DNA of 38,207 bases from Chiloscyllium plagiosum (taxonomy: Eukaryota): contig NC_057752.1 of NCBI RefSeq assembly GCF_004010195.1, forward strand, positions 7,518,728 through 7,556,934, given 5' to 3'. Position numbers and translations under genes: made by a program. Shown here piece after piece: positions 11,520 through 23,145 of the stretch. Every line of letters starts with the position of its first letter. Position 1 is the stretch's first letter. A model generated the notes under the pieces. The model saw only the letters and a list, made by a program, of their open reading frames with translations, searched no databases and was not told the DNA's origin.

Positions 11520-12376
11520 AACAAAAACTTCCAGCTCGGCGAACAGAACCACAACAACCTTGGAGCCTGTTCCTCTAATAATGGTCCATTGTTATTAATG
11601 TTTCCCAGGTTGGAATTATTTCCTGAATGACTGACAAACACAACGCACCTCTCCTTTATGAAGTGTGTACCAGCCATTAAGTGGTGCCAGCCATTAACAA
11701 CATTAGCCTCCTGCTGATACTTTCAACCAAGTATTGTAGCTGCTTAGATGCTGATAAAAAGGATATGAGCAGGCATCATGAAGTTTCCTTGCATTACCAA
11801 TAGCCTGTGCAGTTCAAGTGTGTATTGCGCTCCCTATGCTTAATTTTGGCTATTGAATTTACTCCTTATTTCTTTATTGTTTGCTTTCCTTGAGATATAA
11901 AAATGACAATGCACAGTCCTGTAAACTCTCCTGCAGACATTGTGAGTGAAACAGAGATACTAAGATACAGCAAGATTCTTCCAAAGAGCATTTTACTTAG
12001 GTGGCAGAAATGACGAAACTGTGTGGTCTGATTAGAAAACTCTTGACATTTTGCTCGATTGAGCACAGACAGCAGTTGTCAACGTGGTATTTACAGAGGA
12101 GATTTGGAATACAGACCCTCAGCCTGTCAAAACGTCCTTCAGTTGTGGGGAGTTTGATGATGCATAAGACAGATTCAGGACAAACGAAGAGATGTGGAGA
12201 CAACCTGTTTCAATATTGTGCTCAGATTAAAACACGTACAACATCACTTTCGAACAAAATGCACTGTCTATCTGGTAAAATTGAAACAGTCACTTGATAG
12301 CACGTGCAGATGGAACAGAAAATAAATGCTATTTCCATTAGCAGCAGATTACTATTGTGCTCCAGAGTTTGGGTAT

Positions 12377-12805
12377 TTTTTTTATTCATAGGACTTGCGC
12401 ATTGCTGGTTGGGCTGGCATTTATTGCTCCTCATCCCTAGTTGCCCTCGAGAAGGTGGTGGTGAGCTGCCTTCTTGAACCACTGCAGTCCACGTGCTGTC
12501 TTAGCCACTGTTAAAACTTGCTAGGCCATTTCAGAAGACAGTTACGAGTCAATAAAATTGTGGTGAGTCACATTTTGGCCAGACCAGGTAAGGGTGGTAG
12601 ATTTCCTTCTGGAAACCAGATAGGTTCACCCCTCAACAATTGACATGTGGTTTTGTGGTCCTCATTAGACTTTGATTTCAGATATTTATTGAATTAAAAT
12701 TCCATCATCTGCAACAACAGGATTTGAATCCAGGTCTCCAGGACATTAGCTAAGTTTCCTAGATTAAAAGTCTAACAATAATACCACAAGGCCATCACCT
12801 CTTCA
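12377..12805 (-). mobile_element. tRNA-derived SINE (related to 8177-8497)
   Basis: T-run then ctggcatttattgctcctcatccctagttgccctcgagaaggtggtggtgagc tail; head ends ...taacaataataccacaaggccatcacctc. Confidence 0.75.
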
Positions 12806-13644
12806 CTATACAGCCTTTCTACTACAGCAAGGGCTAATTTGGAGGTTTTATTAGGATTGGGTAAATTCTAAGATCAAAGGCCTCAGAAGACAAATGTTTG
12901 GATACCTCAACAGTTGGTGTGAGATGCACTTCAGCAAAAAGATTCCAGATGATCAAAAATCTAATTTGCCAGTGTTGAAGACCATTTGATCTGAAGAGAC
13001 AGGTGAGCATTACTTAGACATCATGAGAAGCTGCTCAACAGCTACCAGCACCAGCTTAACAAATGTGTACATGAAGTAAGATTTTATGTTTTAAATTCCA
13101 GATCCGACCACTGCTCACAGTTCCCACTGTAAAGTAATCAACATGGCATAGAAATGTCATGTGCATTGTGAACTATGAAAGTAAAATTGATTGGGCAAAT
13201 ATTTGGACACCTTAGCCACTACTCTGACAAATGCAGCTACAGTTTAGTAAGGCTAACTCCACAGAAGAAGAGAAAGGAAAAGGATAAAAATAATTGATTG
13301 AAAAATCACAAGAAAAACATTCTGTGAAAGGCATCTTTCTAGTACCTGATGTTGTCCTGTCTTCGCGCTTGATTGTATTTTGAACAGTCCAATGTTATTG
13401 TTGCTACTATCAAAAAATTATCACTCAAAGAATAAAATTCTTCGTGCTGACTGCTTTATATTTCCTTCTCCATTTAATTTTGTTTCTATAAACCGGTCCT
13501 ATTTTCCTGACTTACTTTGAAATAGTATCCTAGAGTTATACTATTTAGTACTTGCCCTGCTTTAATATCATACCACCATTTCTCCAGTTTGTCAAGCTTG
13601 TTTTAATTCATATTTTTTCATATACATCCCATTTATATTGGGGA

Positions 13645-13810
13645 CAGTGGTTCAATTACAATGTTTAAGAACATTTGAATGGATACATGAATAGGAAAGG
13701 TTTGGAGGGATATGGGCCAGGAGCAGGCAGTGGACGTGTTCGGCATGGACTGGTTGGACTGAAGTGTCTGTTTCCATGCTGTATTACTCTATGACTATGT
13801 CCCTATGACT
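13645..13810 (+). mobile_element. CR1 3' UTR fragment
   Basis: ggatacatgaataggaaaggtttggagggatatgggcc...ggcatggactggttggactgaagtgtctgtttccatgctgt...ctatgactatg. Confidence 0.8.
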
Positions 13811-14100
13811 GTCAGAGCGGTTGTCTATAGATATGTCCACCCACCCTCTCAGGTGGACATAAAAGATTCAGTTGCATCATTCAGAGAAGAATAGGGAGGT
13901 TTTCTGTTATCTTGGTCAACTTTTTCCTCAGCCTACATCACCAAAACAAATTATCTCTTCGTTTATCTCAGTATGCACACATTGGCTGCCATACTTGCCT
14001 GCAAATAAAAGCAATTGGACTTCAGATGTAATCCATAGCTGTGAATTGCTATGGGACGTCTTAAGAAGGTGATGTTTGATGCAAGTACATTTTATTCTTT
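13811..14100 (+). mobile_element. Deu-domain SINE fragment (SacSINE1/AmnSINE-like)
   Basis: ccctctcaggtggacataaaagattc...attggctgccatacttgcct...gctgtgaattgctatgggacgtc; recognised from memory of the Deu domain. Confidence 0.65.
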
Positions 14101-14106
14101 CATTTA

Positions 14107-14468
14107 GGTGGCATGGTGGCTCAGCGGTTAGCACTGCTGTCTCACAGAGCCAGGGACCCGGGTTCGATTCAGGCCTCGGGTGACTGTGTGTGTGGACTTT
14201 GCACGTTCTCCCCATGTCTGTGTGGGTTTCCTTTGGGTGCTCCGGTTTCCTTCCACAGTCCAAAGATGTGCAGGTCAGGTAAATTGGCCAAGCTAAATTG
14301 TCCATAGTGTTCAGGGATGTGTAGGTTAGATGCATTAGTCAGGGGAAATGGAGAGTAATAGGATAGGGGAATGAGTGTCGGTAGGATACTCTTCGGAGGG
14401 TTGGTGTGGACTTATTGGGCCAAATGGCCTGTTTTACACACTGTAGGGTTTCTATGATTCTATGATTT
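14107..14468 (+). mobile_element. Full-length HE1-type V-SINE
   Basis: A box tggctcagcgg (14117), B box ggttcgattc (14161), V-core tttgcacgttctccccatgtctgtgtgggtttcc...ccacagtccaaagatgtgc, tail tctatgattctatgatt. Confidence 0.92.
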
Positions 14469-14490
14469 ATAAACTCAACACAACAATCTA

Positions 14491-15183
14491 AGGCAGAATC
14501 TTGATGGAGGTGCCAGCCAGCTGGAGAGGTGGCGCAGGATCAGTACAGCCAATTCACAGACAGGCCCACTGAACTACAAACCAATTAGACAGTGAATTAG
14601 CCAGTGGAGATCCTTTGTCTGGTATTAAGACCTTGATGGTGAAAGTCCTGCCCATTGAGTGCTTCCAGCTATTCAAAGTCCAGAAGCTCTTCTGCTCAGA
14701 AGCATTGCAGGAGGTGGTGGCTATTGCTGTAAGAACACCCACTCGAGTCCAAGGATCATGGAGAGACCCAGGCCACAGGATGCAATGTCCTGGGTGGGTG
14801 TTGGATTTGCAGAATGAAGGTTGCTGGGAGAAGGGGGCTGGGTGGTCAGCTGCAAGGGCAGAAGCCCACAACTCCCTTCTCAATTTCAACTCCCTCATAC
14901 TGAGTGCCTTTTATCGACAGGCGCGGCTGCATGGCTTCAGCTGCCTTGCACACCACATGATGGCAGGCCTGCCCGAAGCTGGATAAATACCAGTGCCAGT
15001 CGAATGTGATACCTCAGTGCTCTTTAATTAACAATTTAAGGGTCTTAGTTGGTGTCAGGGTGGGAAGGTCAACCATAGATCTTAATTAAGGCAGAGGTGG
15101 GAAGGCAGCAGAGTTCAGGTACACAACCCTGTCTGATTAAACTTCTCCAAGATCACCACTGTGAGAACAGAAGATTTCATCCT
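14491..15183. mobile_element. Non-autonomous DNA element (probable Harbinger-type MITE)
   Basis: Imperfect TIRs aggcagaatctt ... aagatttcatcct, similar to the termini at 22441/26026; GC-richer than flanks, no coding signal. Confidence 0.5.
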
Positions 15184-15424
15184 ATGTGTGGTCTGGCCAG
15201 TGCACATATTTGATTCTATTGAAGTTTCACTTTTTCAAATCGCGCAGTTATGTCTTGGTCTTTATGGTACTGATTGTCAAACAATCTGTAATCCTATTGT
15301 AATTACCAGCAGCTAAAGGCATCACTAATATCCTGGTCCTTTGTAAGGACCAGATGCAGATGAAAACTTGTACAATATGCATTAGTTCTAAATCTTTCAT
15401 CTCAACTTCATTAAGATGAAGTAC

Positions 15425-16140
15425 TTGCATTTATTTAGTACCTTCCACAACCTCAGAACATCCGCAACACTTGACAGGCAGTGAAGTATGATAAAATGTT
15501 GTCACTGTTGAAATGAAAAAAACACAACTAGTTGTTGTGTTTGTGTGTTCTCCATGTGTCTCCAGTTTCCTCCCATAGTCCAAAGTTGTGCAGGTTAAGT
15601 GAATTGGCCACGGTAAAAAACTGCCCTCGGGTGACCAGGAATGTGCAGGTTAGTTGGGTTAGCCATGGTTAAAAAAAACCTCATGCAGGGTTACAGGGAT
15701 GCAGCGGAAGTGTGGGTCTAGATGGGATGCTAGGAAGGTCAGTGCAGACCCAATGAGCTGAATGGGCTCTTTCTGAACTGTACGGATTCTATGATTCTAA
15801 TTCAAGCACTGCAAGTTCCCAGAAAGAGCATTGTAATAATGACCAGAAAATCTGTTCTTGGATGTTGGCTGAAGAGTAAACCCTCTCCAGGATACGAGGG
15901 AGAACTTCTCTGCTCGTTGCTATAGGAACATTAATGTCTACCTGAAAGGAAAAATGGGGCTGAATTGTAACCTCTCATCCAAAATGACACATCGACATAT
16001 GATGCAACACTCCATCAATACCACATTGGTGCATCAGGCTAGATGTTTTGCTCAAATGTTTTGGAGGGACTTGAGTCATCCCTCCTGACAGTGATGAAAG
16101 AGCTACCGAATGTACCAAGTGAGCCACAGCTGACACATCA
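15425..16140 (-). mobile_element. Deu-domain SINE interrupted by a 5'-truncated plus-strand V-SINE (~15535-15800)
   Basis: Similar to 20795-21225 (ttgtcactgttg...; cactccatcaataccacattgg...gacttga...gagccacagctgaca); insert has V-core tttcctcccatagtccaaag and ttctatgattcta tail. Confidence 0.7.
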
Positions 16141-17082
16141 TAAGCAACCAAAGCATAATCGCTCTAAAAGATTATATATGCTTACTGCATGTTCCGGCAT
16201 TTATGTAAATTCAATTGACTCTGAAGTTTAAGGGCTGTGTTAAACTTTTATATGATTCAGTGTGGAACTCACTCCCTTTGTCAAGTGGAAGGATTTTATG
16301 TGAAGCCCCTGGTAGAATATTTTGAACTAACCTTTACTTAATTTGCTATCTGAATCAATGCAGCAAAACAGATAAAATAAGTGATTTAATAAACCAATCC
16401 ACGTTTCAATGTATCTAAGAAGCTGTAACCTCCAGGCACCTGAAGTAGCTTTTAACCAGTGACCCTTACCAGAAGGATGTGGAGACTTCCTTCTTCAAAG
16501 ATCATTACCACCCTGTAGTCAACAAACCTAACAAAATAACTGAGAGGTTCCTGCCTCCAGTCAGCCTTAGCATCTTGAAGCTGAAAAAGAACCTTACTAA
16601 TGTACCTTAGAGGTTTGGTCTGACAGATATGCATGGAAGCTTGTTGTCAGTGAACCATAATGAGTCCAGTTGAGAGCATAATTGCCTTTCTTTGTGTACA
16701 CAGATTTCCTTGCAGTCAGGTCTAAAATAAGCCTGTTTTATTGCAGCTACTTATAATTGCTGTTTTAAGTTTTAATCCTGAAAGTTTCTCGGGTGTGCAG
16801 GGATGTTCCATGGCTGTTGCAGAAGTTTGAGGCTCCTTAACTGCTATGGGCAAGAAACATGCTACCTTTATTAACATACTAGATTGAATAACTTCAGAAA
16901 ATTATTACTAAGAAACTTTTATGAGATGTTAATATTTGAATACTTCTTTTGTAATCTCTTCTGTTCATGAAATTATCAGCTGCTGGGAGATGATCAATAT
17001 TGTTGGAAAAATGTTATTGAACACCAAGGTATAACTCTCTCTTCCAATCTTTGTTCCCTCAGCTGGGACATTCTGCAATTCC

Positions 17083-17214
17083 GAGGAGAAAGTGAGGACT
17101 GCAGATGCTGGAGATCAGAGCTGAAAATGTGTTGCTGGAAAAGCGCAGCAGGTCAGGCAGCATCCAAGGAACAGGAGAATCGACATTTCGGGCATAAGCC
17201 CTTCTTCAGGAATC
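17083..17214 (-). mobile_element. 132-bp Penelope-derived hammerhead element (family C) with 10-bp TSD
   Basis: ctgcaattcc at 17073-17082 and 17215-17224; minus strand starts gattc-CTGAAGA-agggc(ttat)gccc-GAAA-tGTC-gattc; near-identical to 18873-18987. Confidence 0.88.
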
Positions 17215-17681
17215 CTGCAATTCCATCTATCACCATCATGATTCAGTTTCACAACCGACATTTGCCCCATGCATTGTGGCACTGAACATTAGTGCCATAA
17301 TAAGTGGTGCAATACCATTCCCCTTGTACTTCAACACAGCTCAAGACTTTGGGCTTCATCTTACTTTGTTTTGGTTAGGTGTCAGTTTCACTGAGTTTCA
17401 TGAAGGTTTTCTCACCGAGAGGCCTGGAAAGATCTCTTCCTCTCCTCATTAAAGTCCTACCCCACCCTTATGGCTCATTTCTCGCCCAATTTTAGCCCCA
17501 TTCTACCGCAAGCCATTCTGACAACATCTTGCCACTCCAGCAGATATCTGCCAAAAGACTAGCATCTCCGGCGCCCACATCAATTTTAAAAGTCCATTTT
17601 GCACCTAGGCAAGCGCTAGCATTCTAAAGCTGCCCTGCTCAGTGACAGACTATCATTCTGAACATATCAGAGGAGGGGAAA

Positions 17682-19300
17682 ATGGTGCCACAATTCTCCA
17701 GCAGGAACCTGGAGATCCTGGTGGATGGGGTGGTGCAAAAGAGAGCTGTCATTTTACTGGAGAATCAGTAAAATGACCCTTGCAACCTGGGATAGTGTGA
17801 TCTCCACGATCCAGAGCAATGGCCAGCAATGCTGCAAGGTCGTTAATGCCTTGCTGTACTCTGCTAGGCTAAGTGCCACGTTCACCTCTCTGTGACCTTA
17901 CACTAACTACCTCTGCTACTGCACCCACCTCCCACCAGTGCTCACGCCCTGCCACTCTCACTATCTTCCCTCACTGACTCTCATGTCCCCACAACCTCCC
18001 ACACCACTAACCCTGCATGACCTCTGCACTGCCTATTCATTTGCTCAGGAGACCTCGCCACCTTTCAAGCACCAGCACCAGCACCAGCACTAACAGCTAT
18101 GCCGCCCATTTTCAGCTCACTGAATACCTCCTTTTCTCTCAATCCAGGCAAAAGCAGCCCATAACATGGCAGAAAGAGCCATAATGGTGGAGGGGTGCCT
18201 AACATCAGGCTCCTCATCCACTATGGGTAGAGAATTCTGTCCCTTGCAGGTGAAGACTAAGACTGCTCCAACAGAGACGCCAAGACATCCATGTCTTGAC
18301 AATTGTGTAAGTACCATTCTTCATTCCACTGCAAATCTCACATTAACCCTTTTGTCAGTGTCATTCATTGCACACCACGTCTAACCATTTGTCATGAAGC
18401 CATCTCTTCCTTGCATCTTGCAGATACCAGCAGAATGTCCACTGAACTGCTGGAGAAACGGCCAGAAACCACCTCATTGAACTCTGAGGAAGAGAGTTCC
18501 AAGGCCTCAAAAGAAGTATCAGCGAGCCTGCCTTCTGCACCCACCTCCAGTTCAGATGCTAACACCTCCATGGGAACATCACGTTTAGGGGATTTGTGAG
18601 CACAAGCTGGTGAGCATCTCAATGCTTCGACTCAGGAGCTGGCTGAGGAACAAAAAAACAACAGGCAGCTGGCACTCGGAGGAGTGCACCTGCACTCTCC
18701 TTCCCACCACGTCTCAGTGCACACCCAGGTTCTGCAGCTGAGTTAGAGGGAGCCCCCTGGGTAGTGGAGCCCATTGGCTCCGGAGGTTTGGTCGGGCAAG
18801 AGTCAGGTCCAGCCTTCAGACACACAAACACCTGCACTTCATCACAACTCTTATTGGTCCTCATGACTGAAGGAGAAAGTGAGGGCTGCAGATGCTGGAG
18901 ATCAGAGCTGAAAATGTGTTGCTGGAAAAGCGCAGCAGGTCAGGCAGCATCCAGGGAACAGGAGAATCGACGTTTCGGGCATAAGCCTGAAGAAGGGCTT
19001 ATGCCCGAAACGTCGATTCTCCTGTTCCCTGGATGCTGCCTGACCTGCTGCGCTGTTCCAGCAACACATTTTCAGCTCCTCATGACTGAAGTCATGGTGA
19101 CAGGGGGATGGAGAACCTGGCGAGCACTCCAGGTGCACATTCTTCCCAGGTGCCCCTTCCTCACAAGGAGACAGGAAGAACACAACCAGAGGAGAAACTA
19201 TACATAGACGCTCAGAAATCTTCACTCAGGACACTCCAGAGGTTGTTCGACTCACCATCTCCATCCTGCTTGTGCTCCTCCGACCTTTGGAAATTCAAGC
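17682..19300 (+). pseudogene. Decayed intron-containing Myb/SANT-like DNA-binding gene of a Harbinger-type transposon
   Basis: Exon 1 MVPQFSSRNLEILVDGVVQKRAVIL...GQQCCKVVNALLYSAR; exon 2 from 18148 AKAAHNMAERA/GGGVPNIRLL..RILSLAGED with gtaagt at 18307; Ser/Glu-rich exon 3 after ttgcag at 18423; stops and frameshifts present. Confidence 0.75.
18873..19078. mobile_element. Palindromic family C hammerhead element with ~15-bp TSD
   Basis: Inverted arms 18905-18987 and 18996-19078 (83 bp, 1 mismatch, 8-nt spacer); tcctcatgactgaag at 18858-18872 and 19077-19091; core CTGAAGA-agggcttatgccc-GAAA-cGTC at 18987-19014. Confidence 0.9.
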
Positions 19301-20794
19301 CAAGGTTGGTTCACTTACTTCTGATGAGACAACCCTCAGCATGCCTGGGCCTTCTGGATACAAACACCCACTCGGTTGTCCGACCAAACCTCAGGGGCCA
19401 ATGGGCTTCACTACCCAGGAGGCTCCCTCCAATCCAGCCTAACAACTTGGGTGCGCACTGAGACATAGTGAGAGGGAGAGAAAGAGAAAAAAAAAACAGC
19501 GTTGAAGTATTTGAGGGCACTTTGACTGTATGGATAACACAGCATTATATATGAAGTTGCATATTTGCAGATCTACAGATTTGTTTGCATATCTGTCGAG
19601 ACCTGCATGTAACTGCGCCAGGATGATGCTTAACATCATTGCCACATAGGTCGCATTGTGGATCAGTGTCAGTGTTGAGAGCCTGCTACAGCATCCAGAA
19701 GCAAGAGGAACAAGATGTATGTCGGGCAATGGGTTCTTTTAATGCCATTACCTTATGGTAAAATATCACTGTTCTTTCCCTGGTCTTTGTGTACAAAAGT
19801 GTTGGTGTGAACAAACTGGTCAATAATGTGTGGAGCAGGAAGGTGTACAGCAAACAGGGAGCCAATGCATTAGGATCACCAGGGATTAGGAGGCCCACAG
19901 GTCTCTGTCCTGTTCAGTGCATTGGTCGGTGTGCAATATTATTGTCCTCTAAAGGCCCTTATATTGGTGCATCTTGAATTCTTGTCCCTTATAGATCAAG
20001 ACACAACCTGCTTATTTCAGGTGTGGTTGCGTCCATTTGCCTTCATATTGCACAGCTTCGATTTCCAGCATGATGGAAAGTGACTGTGAATGTTCTTCAG
20101 TCAGTGGAATCACCTCTATGTGTTGGTGAAACCCTTAACATCCTGATAATTGTTCCCATAAGTTCTATAGGCTTTTCACCTCCCCAGGTGCCCACTCATC
20201 TATATGAGTCTGCACCAGCCTACCTTTCCCTCCCAGCTCCTGGCATATGAGGTGGCCATGCCAGGTGTGATCATACACTATCACCACTTGAGACCAGAGT
20301 GCTTCTGACCATGGACAAAGGTTCCCTACCCACATAACCCTGTTTCCTTCTATTTTATTCTATCCTCCCTTACAAATACAGTCATGCCCCTTTCACAATT
20401 GGCATCCTCCTTCCCCAAGCCTGCAGCCCTCAATCCACACAAATCGGATCCCAAGTCTCCTTTCTGAGGCAGTGGCCCCCTTTATCACCCCAAAACCTGT
20501 TTCCCCCAGTTTCTTAGGGTGACAGACTGGCCGCAGCCTTCCCTCATGAGCAACCTAATTGGACAGCCCTGGGCAAGAAGTGTCCAGATCCGTGCCTGGT
20601 GGTTGAACCTCTCTCCAACTACACTGGCCCTACCACCCAGAGTAACTTGAAGGTTAAAATTCTTCAGCGAGCTACAACTTGTGAGCATTCAAGTTGCAAA
20701 CATTTCAGTAGTCTCATGCCAAGAGTTAAAAGCAATTCTTTTCCTTCTGTCCATGTCTGAGGTACCCTGACACATGTTTATAAAGAAAAAGAAA

Positions 20795-21225
20795 AACTTT
20801 CATTGACATAACACTGTTTATAATTTTAAGAGATCCCAAAATGTTCTACATCTTTCTGAAGTGTAATCGCTTTTGCAGTATAGAGAATGCAGCAGTCAGT
20901 TTGTATACAGCAATTAGATGCATTTTATTTGAATTAAATCTGTTTTATTGGTGTTTGTTGAAAGATAAATGTTGGCCAGGGCAATGGGAGAAAGTAGCTG
21001 CTTTTCTTTGGAATAATGTTTTGAGATTTTTTTGCACCCATCAGAAAAAGAAGTCACTTTCTCACTTTAACATCTCTTCTGAAGGATGGTGCATCTGACC
21101 ACGCAGCACTCCTTCATTACTGCTCCAGAATTGTCAGTCTAGATTCTTGCTCACATTTCTGGGATTGAGACTTGAACTGAAACCTCTGACTCTGAGGCAA
21201 GAATGCAATCCACTGAGTCACAGTT
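20795..21225 (-). mobile_element. Deu-domain tRNA-derived SINE (SacSINE1-like)
   Basis: Minus-strand head ctgtgactcagtggattgcattcttgcctcagagtcagaggtttcagttcaagtc (A/B boxes) followed by gtaatgaaggagtgctgcgtggtcagatgcacc. Confidence 0.75.
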
Positions 21226-22004
21226 TATACTCTGGGAATGTATCTAGATATTTTATTTGCAAAGTCAGTGTATTTTCAATTTATTTCTGTGAAACACTCA
21301 TGCTTCTGGTCAACTCCTGAGTAACCTTTCTAACTGCATTATTAACCAATCAAGGACAACAATCCATTGCTCATTTTGGGTTCCACTCCTCAAATGCCAT
21401 ATCTAATAAATACTTCACCCCTTATATGCCTGACTCATCTTACACCGTGTCTATTATTCACCTTGTCTGTTATATGTGTTGAGATGCAACTATGACAAAA
21501 AATGTGAAAGAGTGAAGCCAGAAGCTGGTATATGAGATGCAGCAGATACAGATAACCATTGCACACTGTTTTATATTTAAAGACAGAGTAATTGATACAT
21601 AGAATCTGGGCAGATGTTGGCAACCCCATTTCAACATTTTGAATTGCAGAATAGAAGACATCTATAATGTCATTCACGCTACAGGAATATCTTAATTCAT
21701 TATGTATGTTGAGAGGATCAGAGCATGGAGTGCTGATTGCTGCAGACAGCAGGGAGTTAGCAGAGATAAACTTAGCTTCAGCATGGTGCTGCATTTTCTC
21801 ATTTTCGTATTAATTAAAGCACACTTCTTCATTATTCCATAAGTGTGAGTTTTATTGAAGAACCCACAACCCATGACATGATGGATGGACCTGAAACAAA
21901 AGTTGATGGAACCATGGTAACCACCAATCTTAAATCAGAGGAGGGGCAGTTTGTGTTTCTCTTGGTGTTTGGGAAGTTTCACTGTGTTTAGGTTGCTGAC
22001 CCAT

Positions 22005-22350
22005 GCAACATTCCTACAGGACTTGAATGGAGAGATAAAAAAAGGATGTTTCACCTGGCTGGGGTCGAGACACAGTCTCAAATGATAAAATAAGGCTTTT
22101 AGGACTGAGTGAGAATTTCTTCACTCAATGGGTATTGAATCTTTGGAATTCTCTACCCCAGAGCGTCCCAGAGTATTTGAGTATATTTGAGGCAAAGAGA
22201 GAAATAATTCAAGATATAGAAGCTATCAAAGGATAGCAATAATGTAGGAATATGGTGTTAATTTAGAAGATCAGCAATGATTTAGTAGAGTAGTGAAACA
22301 GGTTCCAGGAGCCAAAGGACCTACTGTTGCTGTTATTTACTAAGTTCCTA
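22005..22350 (+). mobile_element. Old CR1 3' fragment
   Basis: ggatgtttcacctggctgggg...aatttcttcactcaatgggtattgaatctttggaattctctacccc...aaaggacctactgttgctg. Confidence 0.7.
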
Positions 22351-23145
22351 ACTAAGGAGCCAACTACAGAGGAACACCTCTATTCTCTGTTGATAGGAAA
22401 AATATACTGATCATCAAGTGGAAATGGGAGCAAAGAAGTAGGGCAGAAACTTATAGGCCCTGAATAACACGAGCTATGGTGAGAGAAATCTGGGAGAATG
22501 ACATGAGAAGTCCAGAGAGGCCTTTCCCAATGTCAGGAGTATAGCTACATTTTCCAACTAAATTCTGGGTATTGTGATTACATTCTTGCTCAGGAGCAGT
22601 GAGGTGTCTATTGTTGGGGATTACTGCTTGTTAACAGACTCATTAACACTCAGCTTCCCATGCAATCACCCACCGCAAGGAAACCAGATACAGTATTAAC
22701 AATTCCTGACCTGAAAGCCTGAACAGGTAACTGGTGACTCCAGTTCATTGCTTGATCTTCCAGGATGCCATCTTGGACACTTGGCAAAAATTTCTTAGGC
22801 TATGCTCCAAGCCAGCAGCTGCCCACACCCTACCTCCACATATGTTGGCATCCAACACCTGCAGGCCTCTCAGAACCCTCATGCCACCTTTCCAATCCCC
22901 TTGCAGGATAATTCTGCACTTTAGTGCTGCACCTGGGGGCATCAGCAATCAGCATTGAAATGTTGCTGGAAGGATTTGTGTGTAGGGACAGCCAGCCAAC
23001 TCACACATTGCAAGCTGCATCTTTGAGCTGTTCGCTCATTCTCTTAGCAATCACTCACTCAGAGCCTACTTGGATGCTCAAAGCATCCTTGACTTGCCTT
23101 GCCATGTCTTTTTGTGCTTTGACACCTCCCCACCCCCCAACCCCC

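Larger units (their letters stand above)
11077..11558. mobile_element. Palindromic Penelope 3'-end (pLTR) insertion with 13-bp TSD
   Basis: Inverted arms 11113-11329 and 11342-11558 (217 bp, 1 mismatch, 12-nt spacer); aaccttggagcct at 11064-11076 and 11556-11568; encodes SINKHIDLDPIYQPLQ, a Penelope ORF C-terminus-like peptide. Confidence 0.9.

Noticed and set aside
14107..14180. tRNA gene
   Set aside because: A/B boxes are followed by the V-SINE core and LINE-like tail, so this is a SINE head
18764..19225. 147-aa and 107-aa ORFs sharing MCCWKSAAGQAAS peptides
   Set aside because: Read-through of the palindromic repeat; the same peptide recurs at other repeat copies (32778..33056)
21435..21874. 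Overlapping 60-119 aa ORFs as a host exon
   Set aside because: No recognisable domain or supported splice structure
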